From: Vicugna vicugna
Lineage: Eukaryota
Assembly (NCBI GenBank): GCA_013265495.1
Contig: MU057947.1
Span: 134,048-198,047, forward strand
Direction of reading: 5' to 3'
DNA: 64,000 nucleotides
Below are positions 1 to 11,420 of this stretch, piece after piece. The notes below the pieces were generated by a model that saw only the letters and a list, made by a program, of their open reading frames with translations, had not been told where the DNA came from and did not search any database. Positions within the stretch are counted from its first letter, which is position 1. Each line of letters starts with the position of its first letter. Made by a program: the position numbers and the translations under genes.

Positions 1-1204
1 TCAGGAGCGCAAGGTGGATTTGCCCATCAGGCCAGCGGGTGAGCTGGGGACGGCCCCCGGGAAATCGGTTTCATTTTAGGTGAATTACAGTGTTCAGAAT
101 TTGTTAACAGGGACAATTTTGGATGAACTACATGAAATTAAACATCTGACAACAGAAGGACCCCACCAAAACGCAGCATATGCTTTTATTTAGGGGGGAA
201 ATTAGAAAATCATGGGCAGGAAAAAACTGTCAAACAACATTTTTAACTTCTAAGACCAGGTAAAAAGAAGACAAAGTATTTGAAGTTTCTATGAACCTCG
301 TGTGTCAGAGCATTTCCTGCTGCTTCATGGATTTCCAGGAGGAATTACCTCTTTCTCTTCCATTTCATCCCCAACAGCCACTGTTTAGGCTGTTTTCATA
401 AGCTGCCCATTTCTAGAAGCCCCTGGAGAAAAGAGATCAATTTAACCAAGGAAGGTTTTTTTTTTTTTAAAGCAATCTTTTTACTATTCATGAAAGATAC
501 CAATATTACAGCCACCAGACTCCACCACAGCCATAGTTCCTTTCCAACTCCTGGGGAAGGTATCATTTTTACAGTAAAAAGCCATTTAACTATTCACTGG
601 ATCTGAGCTACAACCACACAATGAGTCAAGTAATCGTTCCAAAGGATGGCAGCTCCGACCTTCAGAACAAAGACATGTGAAAATGACAAAGAAGCAGGGT
701 TCTGGATTTCTCCGTACGACCTGCGTTTACCTTAATTCAAAGATGCCGGTTCGTCCCGTAGGTGTCGAGTTAATATAAGGTGGCTTCGGGGACAACCGTG
801 GCTTCCAGACTCTCACAGGTCTACCATCTGCGGTGGGTCTGTTTAAGGCTCTCTGTAAAATTATGAGGTGGATTTGGAAATTCTCTGGGTAGTTTACCTC
901 AGAGAATTCCATAGCCTCTCGAGATCTGGACAGTCTTTGGAGAGGATGCGTCTTGGCATTTTAAAGGAGGCGGCGCAGAGGCCTTGAAAGTGAGGCGTGG
1001 GGGAGTCAAAGGTGGGTTCCCAGCCCTTCCGCCTCCCCCAGACGTAGGTGGGCCTTCCTACTGCCTCAGCTGACCCCTCACCCTCGCTGGCCTTTCTCTT
1101 GGTCTGGTCCGCGTCACTGCCTCCCGGTCAGTGGCAGCCTGGCCCTGCCCCTGCCTACCAGCGCCACCCGGTGATGTTCTAGACCATTGGGGGGGGGGTT
1201 CTAC

Positions 1205-1295
1205 TTTTTTTTTTTTTTTAATTGAAGTGTAGCCGATTTACAAGGTTGTGTTAATTTCTGGTGCACAGCCCAGTGATTCATTCTCTATACGGATC
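1205..1295 (-). mobile_element. Very short L1 3'-end fragment
   Basis: Poly-T then AATTGAAGTGTAGCCGATTTACAAGGTTGTGTTAATTTCTGGTGCACAGC, similar to the L1 3' ends at 6329 and 43829. Confidence 0.7.
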
Positions 1296-3050
1296 TTCCT
1301 TGCGAAGGCTCCTACTGCATCTTCTGCCTTCTGGATCTCCCTGGTGAATCAGGCTACGTAGTACCATCACCCACACGTGTCACAGTCTAGCTTGCAGTTT
1401 GGAACGTGCTGCGGCTGTTTCCTAGGTGTACTCTCGGCAGCTCCCTGGAAAGCCCACGTCGTAACTGTCTGCTCTGCAAATAAGGAAACATTAGAGACTT
1501 CCTCAGGTCACAGAGCCGGAGGAACCCCAGAGCAGGGCTCAAACTCAGACTCGGTTGCCCACTGAAGCCTCATCCAGAGACCGTCCAAACTGCATGTGAG
1601 CCCAGGCACCCTGAACTAGAGCGGATGTGACAGCAATGAAGGCGTCAGAGGGTGGAGGAGCCATCCCCTCTTCTCCCTCCCTGGTGGCAGAGGTGGGGAG
1701 GTCACATCTACGATTTGGATTCAAACACATTGAAAGGTTCCCGTTTGTCAAAATCTCTTCTTCAGTCAAGATCTGACGCTGCACAAGAAATCTCCACCTC
1801 TCATTTCCCTCCTTTAAAGTAGCAAGTCTGAAAAGTGTGACATGGGAGGGGGAGCCCATTAACTCAGGATCCCCCATTAGCCCACATTTCCAAATTTGCA
1901 CTCAGCAGGACCCGGAAGGAATGGCATTCAGTACTGGAACATCTGGATTAGAAAGAAGGGAGGGAGAAGCCAGGAGTAGTCGTGGTGAGAAATAGGGCAG
2001 AGGGAACCACCCCGAGGACTCGGGACGCCCTTCGCAGCTACAAAGTGCCTAGACGGGACGGAAGATGAAGGACAGAAAAAGCGAGATGGACAAAGGGAAA
2101 TGTGCAAAGAGCTGCCAGGGGCTGGTAAGACCAGGGAGAGCTTTTTGTAAGGATGCGTCATGGACACGACGGGACATTAGGTGCCCTCTCGCCCCAGCAC
2201 GCGCTGCGGGGGCGGCCAGCGCAGCGGTGGGACTCGGTGCTGAGCTGGCCAGCACCACCCCTGCTGCCCTGGAACATGGCAGCACCAATGGAAACGAGCC
2301 CTGGGTGCCACCTGGGTCATGAGATTAACCGCTTGGGTTTGTCTTCTTCTATCTCCCGAGTGCAGATGACGCACCCACACTGGACAAGGAAAGGTAGTGA
2401 AAGTGCTTTCTAAAGCCTTGGGGTGCCCTTCCACTGAGGGTTCCCCCCAAGCTGCTCCTGCATGTCATTTGCTGAGGGCTTTGCAAGCAACACTTAGGAA
2501 GCCAATTTGCCAGATGCCGAAATATGGGCTGAGAAACAAACCCACCCCCCTTTCCTGGCATCTGACCCACAGGATGCGGGGCTCGGAGCCCTCAGCGGGC
2601 AGCAGGGCTGGGTTTCACTGTGAGCTGTCAGCTTTCTGAGGACCCATCCTACAGACTCTCCAGTAAAACTTTCAAAATATTCCTAGCAGACTAAGTGAAG
2701 ACCCCTGGATCAAACCCAGCCTCGGAAGCCAGGAGATCCATCTGCAAATAAAATGAAGTTTGGAGACACACAGCACATGTCTAGCGTGTGAACTCAGAGC
2801 CCGGAAACTAAAGCTGAATTATGCAGATTCCCATCCAGTGGAACGCCCAGACGCGCGTGCCAGGGTTCACGACACATGAGAGTCTGTAGCTTCATTTTCT
2901 GTAGCTCGTTTCACACAAATTGTACCCCGACTTGCTTTGCAGAGTTAAATAATACAGTTACATACCCTGCGAGAATTCACTCAGTTAACATACTAGAATA
3001 TTCTGGTCCCATAATATATGAAGTCAATCCTTGGTTTCTTCTAGGATTCA

Positions 3051-3074
3051 ACACACACACACACACACACACAC
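3051..3074 (+). repeat. (AC)n microsatellite
   Basis: About 12 AC units read directly. Confidence 0.95.
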
Positions 3075-3374
3075 AGTGGAAAAGGTAGATTTTCTTTTAT
3101 TCCGGGCTTTTACTGCATAAAGACAGATCACGGGCTATATTTTATTTAAGACAACAATTTTCAAACATTTTGACCTGCTTTCTCCAACGGCACCAAAAAT
3201 ATTCTACATGGTAGGAAAATCGTGTAAACCGAGTTAGGTGGGATACAGCCTGCTGAGAGGTACAGACAGGGTTTTTGGCTAAAAGATGGCGAGATTAAGC
3301 ATAGAAGCAGCAGCTCCCCCCTTCCCCCCACAGGGATGCCCTGTAGGCAGTGGAGAAAAAGTAGTAGCTACAAC

Positions 3375-4180
3375 TAGAATGGGATTTAATCATTGCTACT
3401 AATAAAAGGCCAAGGCCATCCGGCAATTTACTGCGCTGTCGGCAAAATGAATTGCTTAAGGCACGTTAGCAGCCTATTAGATAACACACGCACAGTAAGT
3501 AAATTATGATTAAAATAACTGGAGAGTAAATACTGAACGTGCTTCACCACAATAACTCTCTTCAAAAATCTTTAAAGATACCGCCCCCCGTGATTCTGTT
3601 TATCGTCTTCTGCAATTTTTATCAAATTCAATAAGCATATTTCTTACTCTCGACAATGTTTTTGATTGCTCTTTTTGTTTTTTTTCTGTTTCAATTGGTA
3701 AATGAAAGAATGATGTCATGTGACAGCATTAAATACTATTAAACAGACCATAACTAACATTCGCTGTATAAATTATACATCAGCTGACACTTTTATACAC
3801 TTTGTGAAGAATTGCTTCATGGGTTATACAATCTTTTCCAAAACAAGCCCCACGGAATAACACGGCTGGTTATGGTTCACGGCTACAAATTGGTAACTGA
3901 ATTAGCATTCATTTATTAAGTTTTCACAGGGAACCCTTCTCATTCAAATACGTGTAGATTATAATTTATTTTTATCTGAGGCATAATTTTTCATGTGGCG
4001 TTTTTGCCAAAATCAATAAAGCCGGAGCCAAGCCCCGTTCCCTGTTCCCGCTTACACTCCCCTCCTCTTGGCTGCCGACCTGCGTGTGTCTTTTCTCGCT
4101 GGGAAGGTAAACAAATGAGTCTGCTTCATAATCATGATCTTTGCCAAAATGCTGAGCTGAATATTATTTTTTACCAACTC
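3375..4180. promoter_or_regulatory. Candidate conserved non-coding element / developmental enhancer
   Basis: Repeat-free, AT-rich, high-complexity block with retained CpGs and CTAATAAAA, TGACAG, TGTCA, CAGCTG and several TAAT/ATTA cores. Conservation is inferred, not tested. Confidence 0.45.
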
Positions 4181-4887
4181 AGCCCCCCACCCTCCGAACT
4201 CTATTCACGCACTTTTTTTAAGCGGCTTTTGCATTCCCAAACGAGGAGCCCAGCCTCTTGCTGTGTGGCAGCAAGCCTGCATGTCCCACCTCTGAATCAC
4301 CAGGGAAGCCCAGGCCAGAAGTGACGATGACAGGCCGGCTTTCGAGGTCGCCCAGGTTAGCAGAGAGGAAGCGCGGAGGCTTGGGGTGCCTCCCCTGGCT
4401 GCAGCCGGTCACGTCAGTTTCCCCGGTGGCATGTGGACACCTGGACCCACTCCACACGCAGATGGACAAGCCTCCTCTCACAGTCAGAGGCGACTGCACA
4501 GAGGGGAAGGCCCGGGGCAAACGCGGCAGGACTGACGCAACGAGAACGTCCAAGGGCCGCCAGCTCGCTGCTCTGCCTCATCGGAGCAAATGCGTCCAAA
4601 CGACACATACCGACATGCATCCCTGGGGAACAGGGCATTCTGTGAACTTCAGCCTTCTGGATGATCCTGATGAGCTGCGAGGACTTTAGAGTCTAATTAT
4701 TTATTTTACATGGTCAGAATGCATTAATTCTCTTTAATATTCAAGGGGTTTCTCTCAGCTTTCTGAAATCCAGACACCACCATGTACCCAGAGAAATACG
4801 TACCAGAAGATATGTTTGACTAATACGTGTGAAGTGCTCAATGCGTAAGACCTCAACAAATACATTATTGTTACTGGCATCATCGGA

Positions 4888-5032
4888 TTTTTTTCAATTT
4901 TATCTTTGTTGTTTGTTTGTTTTTGGGGGGGATATTAGGTTGGTTGGTTTGTTTAATGGAGGCACTGGGGTTTGCACCCAGGACCGCGTGCATGCTAAGC
5001 GCACACCCTACCACTGAGCTGCGCCCGCCCTC
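4888..5032 (-). mobile_element. tRNA-derived SINE (camelid Vic-1-like)
   Basis: Reverse strand reads CAGCTCAGTGGTAGGGTGTGCGCTTAGCATGCACGCGGTCCTGGGTGCAAACCCCAGTGCCTCCATTAAACAAAC...CCTAAT. It has A/B-box remnants and is homologous to the copies at 23318 and 55983. Confidence 0.85.
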
Positions 5033-5860
5033 TTGGCACTACTGGAATTTTAATCGCTACATCTGTCCTGACTAAAATTCAATCCTGGGTAATGTTCCAC
5101 GGACGCGTGTCTGTCTCTAAATGAGTGAGCAGACACTCCAGCCACTCCTGTGCGACGGTCGTCCACTTCTCTGTCCATTTCACGTTTAACCAAACTGCTC
5201 TAGCAAATTCTGACGGCAGCTAGGGCTTGACTTCAGCTGAGAGATTTTGCACTGGCAGTAACGGAAGGCGCTCCTCCACACTGCCCTGGGGGTCACTGCG
5301 GCTCGTCAGCCCACACCAAACGCGAGTATCAGAACTGGACGGATCCAGAACTATCACCCAGCCCAAGGCCGCTGTCTAAAGCAGGTTGGCAGGAGCAGCC
5401 CGTGGCCTCTGACGGCCCCTCAGGGCAGACGCTCTGAGGCCACAGCCCTGGGGCCAGTGTCCAGGCAGGATACCAGGATGCCTTTGTCCTGGCTAGTCAA
5501 TGGGAATCTCACAGAGGACAGCAGATTGTGCATAAGAGGCGTAAGAGACGGTTACCGTCTCAGGAAAATGTACTTTTAGAGAGAGACGTATACAGAAGAC
5601 ACACATACATATGTCCACATCTGTGTGTCAGACAGAACGATGGCTTTTTATGCCCACTGCAGCCAGGACAGGGCTTTTACAAACTGTACCTCCAGCTCTC
5701 TGTGCTCTGGCCTTCCCCACCTGAGCTGTGGCGGAACCTGCCAGGTTCCTCTAACTCCCCCCCGGACGTGGCCCAGAAACACCGTAAAAGCCACCAGGGG
5801 GGTTCCACTGAGTTTTCTGAGTCGGAATGAGGAAGACAAGCCGGCAAACAAGGAGGGCAG

Positions 5861-6203
5861 GGACTGAATGTTTGTGTCCACCCCAGATTCAAACGTTGAA
5901 GCGCTCCCCACGACGTGACTGTATCTGGATATGAGGTTGTTCAAGAGGTCGTAAGGGTGGGGCCCTGATCCGGCATCACCAGTGCCCTTCAAAGACCAGG
6001 AGGAGACTCCGGAGCCCTCTCCCCACCATGTGAGGACACAGCACGAAGGAGGCTCTCTGCAAGCTGAGGGGGAGCCCTCCCCTGAAACCAGACACTGGTG
6101 GGCCGTGATCTTGGGCTTCCAGCCTCCGTAACTGTGGGAACACAAGTCTCCGTTGTTTGAGCCCTGCAGGTGTTTTGGTGTGGCAGCTGGTGCAGACTGC
6201 CAC
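5861..6203 (+). mobile_element. MLT1A-type ERVL-MaLR solo LTR
   Basis: GGACTGAATGTTTGTGTCC...CCACCATGTGAGGACACAGC...GATCTTGGGCTTCCAGCCTCCGTAACTGTG; homologous to 50947-51310. Confidence 0.85.
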
Positions 6204-6328
6204 AAGGAGTAAATACACCCAAAGCCCAAGTGTGGCCTCGATGAGCCTCAGTAACTCCAGAAATGTGACATGAGTCTGGGTTAAAACTCCCATGAAAAGG
6301 ATTGGGTACAGAACTGAGCATATTTCAA

Positions 6329-6816
6329 ATTTTTTTAATTGACGTATAGTCAGTTATAATGTGTCAATTTCTGGTGCACAGCATCATGTTTCAGTCATAC
6401 ATATACATGCGTATATTCATTTTCATATCCTTTTCCATTATAGGTTACTACAAGATATTGAATAGAGTTCCCTGTGCTATACAAAAGAAATTTGTTTTTT
6501 AATCTATTTTATATATAGTAGTTAGTATCTGCAAATCTCAGGCTCCCAATTTACCCCTCCTCATCCCCTTTCCCCACTGGTAACCATAAGCTTGTTTACT
6601 ATGTCTGTGAGTCTGTTTCTATTTTGTAGATAAGTTCATTAGTCTTTTTTTTTTCTTTCTCTTTTTAAAAAAATTCCACTTGTGAGTGATATCATATGGT
6701 ATTTTTCTTCTCTTTCTGGCTTACTTCACTTAGAATGATGATCTCAAGATCCATCCATGTGGTGCAAATGGCATTATATCATTCCTTTTTATGGCTGAGT
6801 AGTATTCCATTGCATA
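6329..6816 (-). mobile_element. 5'-truncated lineage-specific L1 (3' UTR and end of ORF2)
   Basis: T-tract, then TTGACGTATAGTCAGTT...TATAGGTTACTACAAGATATTG...GGTAACCATAAG...TTTTATGGCTGAGTAGTATTCCATTG, the typical L1 3' end; closely similar to 43829-44062. Confidence 0.9.
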
Positions 6817-6974
6817 TCCAGTCACCTATCATAGTAACATTTCAATTTTATACTTGACATCTTTTGCATATTATCTATTTTTTAATGTTGAGGCTCCTGA
6901 TAGTCCATGTGAATGAGGAATTATAAGAAAGAGCACATTCACACTCCATGACCCTGTAGTCCCTGTGATATCAT

Positions 6975-7720
6975 TCACCATCTTTGCTGACTCTCCAATC
7001 TATACCTTGGCCTGAGACTCTCTCTAGAGTTCCAGACAGGCACCTAATCACAGCCAGCACTCCTGAGCACAAGCATGTGCCAGGCGGTTCTAGACACTTC
7101 ACATGAGTTGGCTCCTGTAATCCCAAGGTAAACTGGGAGGAAGTTCAGGTCCAAGGCCACAGACGCATCTCTCTCTCCAGAGCCTTCACTGTTACCAGCA
7201 TGATCAGCCAAACACCTGCCATCACCCTGTATCCCTCGGGTACTTCAAAATCAACATGTACCAAAACCTAACTCTTCCCCTCACTCCAGATCTGATCCAC
7301 CCCCTCTGCTCTGTACCTTGGAGAGTGGAACCTCTGTACGCCTGTCAGTTTCCAGTGCTTCATCTGGACACTGCAGTTCAGGGCTCACTTGTCAATCACC
7401 CCACCCCTCTCCTCTGCCTCCCTGCAGGAAAACATAGGAAGTCACCAGATGTTCCCGCCAGGATTTAATCATCAACACTGGTGATCTTACCAGAGAAGGG
7501 TGAGCTCCCCTCCTGGGGTGTCAGCAGAGGTAGGTTAACTCTTGTGTAACCCCCTGCTCGAAACACTTTGATGGACCCCTGATCGTGCACCATCTAAGTC
7601 CAGGCTCCAGCAGGCTTCCCCAGCTCCCACACCTCCAGCTCATCTCTGCATCCGTGCCCTCAAGAACACCAAGCTCAGTCACATGATACCATGTTGATAC
7701 TATGGTTGAGCACTTGGCCC
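6975..7720 (+). mobile_element. Decayed L2 LINE interrupted by a MIR (~7050-7200, opposite strand)
   Basis: L2 hallmarks GCTGACTCTCCAATCTATA...AGAGTTCCAGAC, CTTCAAAATCAACATGTACCAAAAC and CCCCTGCTCGAAACACTTTGATGG. The insert CTGAGCACAAGCATGTGCCAGGC...CCAAGGCCACAG is MIR-like. Confidence 0.6.
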
Positions 7721-8958
7721 TGATTTCTGGCTTTGGTGCTCGCTGCCCCCTCTTTCTGAGCTGCCTCTGGGCTTCCACAGCCTCCTGCTCTCCTCCTGGG
7801 CTAGTTTGGTGGCAACTTCTTTGGGCAGATTCCCTCCCACAAGCGGTCCCTACCCCCCAAGCCCAGCACACTCCATCGCAGCCTTTCCCAATAGCTTCTG
7901 ACGCCCCACTCCTCCGGGACTTTTCCACATTGAGGCACAACTCAGCTTCTCTCTTACGCTATCCTTTCAAGAAAGTGACTCACTTTTTAACACAAATTTA
8001 TTTTGAAAATAAAAACCCTTTACATCATTATGACGAATGGGCAATCCAAATCATCTTTTAAAATACATCGCTAACTGCCAACCAAAATGAAACCGTGACA
8101 CTAAAGTTACAGCGAGATGCCAGTCAGACCTGTTTTCCGGGGTAAGCAGGTCGTGGCCTTTGTCTTTGTCATTGTCAGAAGGATTCAGAGAGGATGGACA
8201 GGGAGGCAACTTTCTGCCCATGTGATTCAATGCTATGCATTGCTGCACCTTCCGGCCATAAAGTCTGCTCACCCGAAGGCAGAGGTGCCTCCACCCCCAC
8301 CTGAGGGTCTTGCTTGAGTCCCGCCCACCTCCTTCCAGACTCCAGCTTCCTGGGGGGGGGGGGGGGACAGTCCCCACACAATGCTGCTGTTTTTAGCATG
8401 TGTTCAATAAATATTTATGGACAAAATGAATGTATGAAAGGCTGAGAACTTCTGTGGCTAATCAGAAAATAAATGTGTTCCATTATCGGTGTTTGGTAGG
8501 AGAGGAATCTGAACCACCGAAGCACATGGAGATAATTCACGGATGTTACAACAGGGTCTTGACAACTCCTGGATGGGACCCCCGGGTAAGCGGGGACCCG
8601 CTGCCTCTGGAACCAGATCTGGGCGGTAAAGGACCCTCCTCCCTACTTGTGCCTGTCCCCACCCACTGCTGTCTAAGGACCGGGGAAGAACAGCCAATAA
8701 CCTTACTTTTATATTTAACTGAAAAGAGCGAGTCCAAGATGAAACAGCTATCCGCCCAGAGACACCACCCGGCGTTTGAGCCCTGAGAGCATCACAGGGT
8801 CACCGGGCAGAATGGGCTGGAATCTTTGCAACGAAAACCAGGTCTGTGGCAGCTGTTGGCAGAAGGCCAAGGCAGGGAAGGATTTGTGCTAAAAACCTCT
8901 CTCCCCACCCACTTCAGCAGAGCACCCAGGCACTCAGCCCAAAGCCTGTCTTTCAGAA

Positions 8959-8967
8959 GTGTGTGAG

Positions 8968-8999
<32 letters not shown>

Positions 9000-9017
9000 C
9001 CTGCGCACACGCGCACA
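8959..9017 (+). repeat. (GT)n microsatellite with alternating purine-pyrimidine tail
   Basis: About 14 GT units followed by GCCTGCGCACACGCGCACA. Confidence 0.95.
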
Positions 9018-9404
9018 AACATGCAGGTGTGGTGTGGAGGGGAGGGAGGAGTTCTGTGCAGGGAAAATTACTCTTCTGATTGCACCAGGAGTCTCATGTG
9101 CCTTCCTCTTCACGATCTGGGATGCCCACCGTCACTCAGAACCTGAGCCGCACCACGCGTGGAGGATGCCCCGGGTGTTGCTTCTTCCTGGCCCGTTTGT
9201 CAGGGAAGTGTTTGCTGCTCATAGGCCTTCTGGTTGCCTGGGCTGAGGAGGCCAGCTTTCTGTGCAGAGGGTGGACACCTAGGACTGACCTTTCAAGTCA
9301 AATGATGACAACTTCGTTTGTCTATTGGTCCTTTTGCAGGAAACAGGTAGACTTCCAGAGGGCGTTTGTCTTTATAGAGGCTTTTGGTTAAAAGTAAAAC
9401 AAAA

Positions 9405-9532
9405 CAGAGTGTGGTGTGGTGCTGAATACTGTGCAGTGGGATTCAAGAGACTCAGCTCTCCTGCTGCACAGCTGGAAGATTCTAAGCATCACTTAACATC
9501 CTGAACTTACTGTTTCTTCATCTGAATGGAAA
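9405..9532 (+). mobile_element. MIR SINE fragment
   Basis: GTGTGGTGTGGT...CACTTAACATCCTGAACTTACTGTTTCTTCATCTGAA resembles the MIR core. Confidence 0.55.
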
Positions 9533-10047
9533 AGGTCAACCATTGAACTCGAAGGTTTGTGCAGACTCCAAAATTCTATTTCCAGGCTCCCTGTAAGCCC
9601 TAGGAAAGACGTGCAGGTGGAGGACGACCTACAGAACGTGGGCTGCTTGTAGGAGCCCGAGAGGATCACCTGCTGGGAAACGAGAACCCACACTCTGGCC
9701 TAACCTTTGCCTGGGGGTGTCTTTCTTTGTCCATCCTTACAGAAATGACCCATGTGCCACGCTGGAATTGAAGCTTTCAGTTCAAGAACTATTGACTGAG
9801 TTCCTACTGTCTGACCACTGTCCTAGGGCCTCGTCCGTTCATGAACCAAAGGAAGATGCTTCTCTTGGTGGAGAGCCAGGAAGTCAACAACAAACATGAG
9901 CAGTAGCTCACAGAGCGAAGCAGCTGGGGAGTCACATGGGAAACCACCGAAAAACGGAGCAGAATGAAGCAGGCGACCCTGCAGGGTGCTGGGGACGGCT
10001 GCCCCCTGAACACACCAGCAGCATGGGTGGCACGGGAGTGCGACTTT

Positions 10048-10387
10048 TGCCCAAGGATGTGACAGAACAGTATTCTGGATATTTTGGCAAGGGCTTTTTT
10101 GCATGAGATTAACACTGGATTCTCTGGTCTTTGAGTAACGCAGACTGCCCTCATCAGCTGGTGGGCCTCATCTAATCAGCTGAAGGCCTGACTAGAACAA
10201 AAGACTGACCTCTCCGGAGCAAGGAGGAATCCTGCAGCACCTGCTCTCCGGGGCCTCCATCCTGCCAGCCCACCCCGCAGGCCCGGGACTCACCAGCCTC
10301 CAGAAGCACGCCAGGCAACTCCTGAAAATACACCTCTTCCTAAACACATGCACATCCCACTGTCTGTCTCTCTGGAGAACCCTGACT
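10048..10387 (+). mobile_element. MLT2-type ERVL solo LTR (partial)
   Basis: TATTCTGGAT...ATGAGATTAACA...GGTGGGCCTCATCTAATCAGCTGAAGGCCTGACTAGAACAAAAGACTGACC...TCTCTGGAGAACCCTGACT. Confidence 0.85.
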
Positions 10388-11420
10388 GGCGCGCCGGGCA
10401 GAGGCAGGGTCGTGAGCGTCCCTCGGGCCACTGGGGGGATGGCGCTCACTTGGAGGCGGAGCCCGCGGAGCCCAAGGCCGGCGGCGGCTCCACGGAGGCC
10501 TCGTCGGGACTTCCTTCCCACAGGGCGGGGCTCCTCGGTGCCGGGAGCCGAGCAGCTGCTTCAGGGAAGGCGCGGGAGGTGAAGGCTCCGCATTTCACGG
10601 TTCCTTTGACCTAGAACTGGACCTCCCTTTCTAACTGATGAATAACACAGAATAACCGTTCTGCCCCCAAACCACGCTGTGTTCAGACAACCTCAGGAGA
10701 GACCGAGGGGCGCTGGTCAGTGGGGCGCGGGGGCCGCGAGGCGGGAGGCGCGGGGCATCTCTCGGACGCGACGCCCTGGCCGCGGCGCTGCCCCGGGGGT
10801 CCTCGCTGCCCCGGGGGTCCTCCCTGCCCCGGGGGTCCTCGCTGCCCCGGGGGTCCTCCCTGCCCCGGGGGTCCTCCCTGCCCCGGGGGTCCTCGCTGCC
10901 CCGGGGGTCCTCCCTGCCCCGGGGGTCCTCGCTGCCCCGGGGGTCCTCCCTGCCCCGGGGGTCCTCCCTGCCCCGGGGGTCCTCGCTGCCCCGGGGGTCC
11001 TCCCTGCCCCGGGGGTCCTCGCTGCCCCGGGGGTCCTCCCTGCCCCGGGGGTCCTCGCTGCCCCGGGGGTCCTCGCTGCCAGGGCCTCGCGCTGCCTGCT
11101 CGCGGAAGCCGTCCACACCCCTAGCTCGCTCGCCGTAACTGTTCTGCCCGCCCAGCGCCCAGACGCGCCCCCTGCCGCCTCCGGAGCCCCCCGCCAGGCC
11201 CTTCAAGGTGCAGCCCCGGCAGGCGCGAGGCGGCGCCCAGCCAGGCTTCCGCAGGAGGGCGTGCAGAGGGGAGAGCCTCGCTCAGGGCCCGCGGGGAGGC
11301 TGGGGTCAGCGAGGGTCTGCCTGACGCTTCTGCCGCCCTGGTCCCGCAGGCCATGACTCTGGACACCTGCTCCGTCCTGCCACAGGGCGTTCTCTTGTGG
11401 GCGCCGGGGCTTCTGACGCT
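10388..11420. promoter_or_regulatory. CpG island containing a minisatellite
   Basis: Very high GC and CpG density with no recognisable exon. Confidence 0.75.
10787..11080 (+). repeat. 18-bp GC-rich minisatellite, 16 full copies plus 6 bp: (SCTGCCCCGGGGGTCCTC)n
   Basis: Counted directly; units differ only at base 1 (G or C). Seen in the ORF track as [12 protein letters not shown] repeats. Confidence 0.98.

Noticed and set aside
10787..11080. CRISPR-like array
   Set aside because: Head-to-tail repeats with no unique spacers, no cas genes, and a mammalian context.
10631..11356. Long ORFs (191-225 aa) with AAPGVL / EDPRG / CPGGP repeats resembling elastin or collagen-like proteins
   Set aside because: They are translations of a stop-free 18-bp GC minisatellite open in several frames on both strands, with no splice or domain context.
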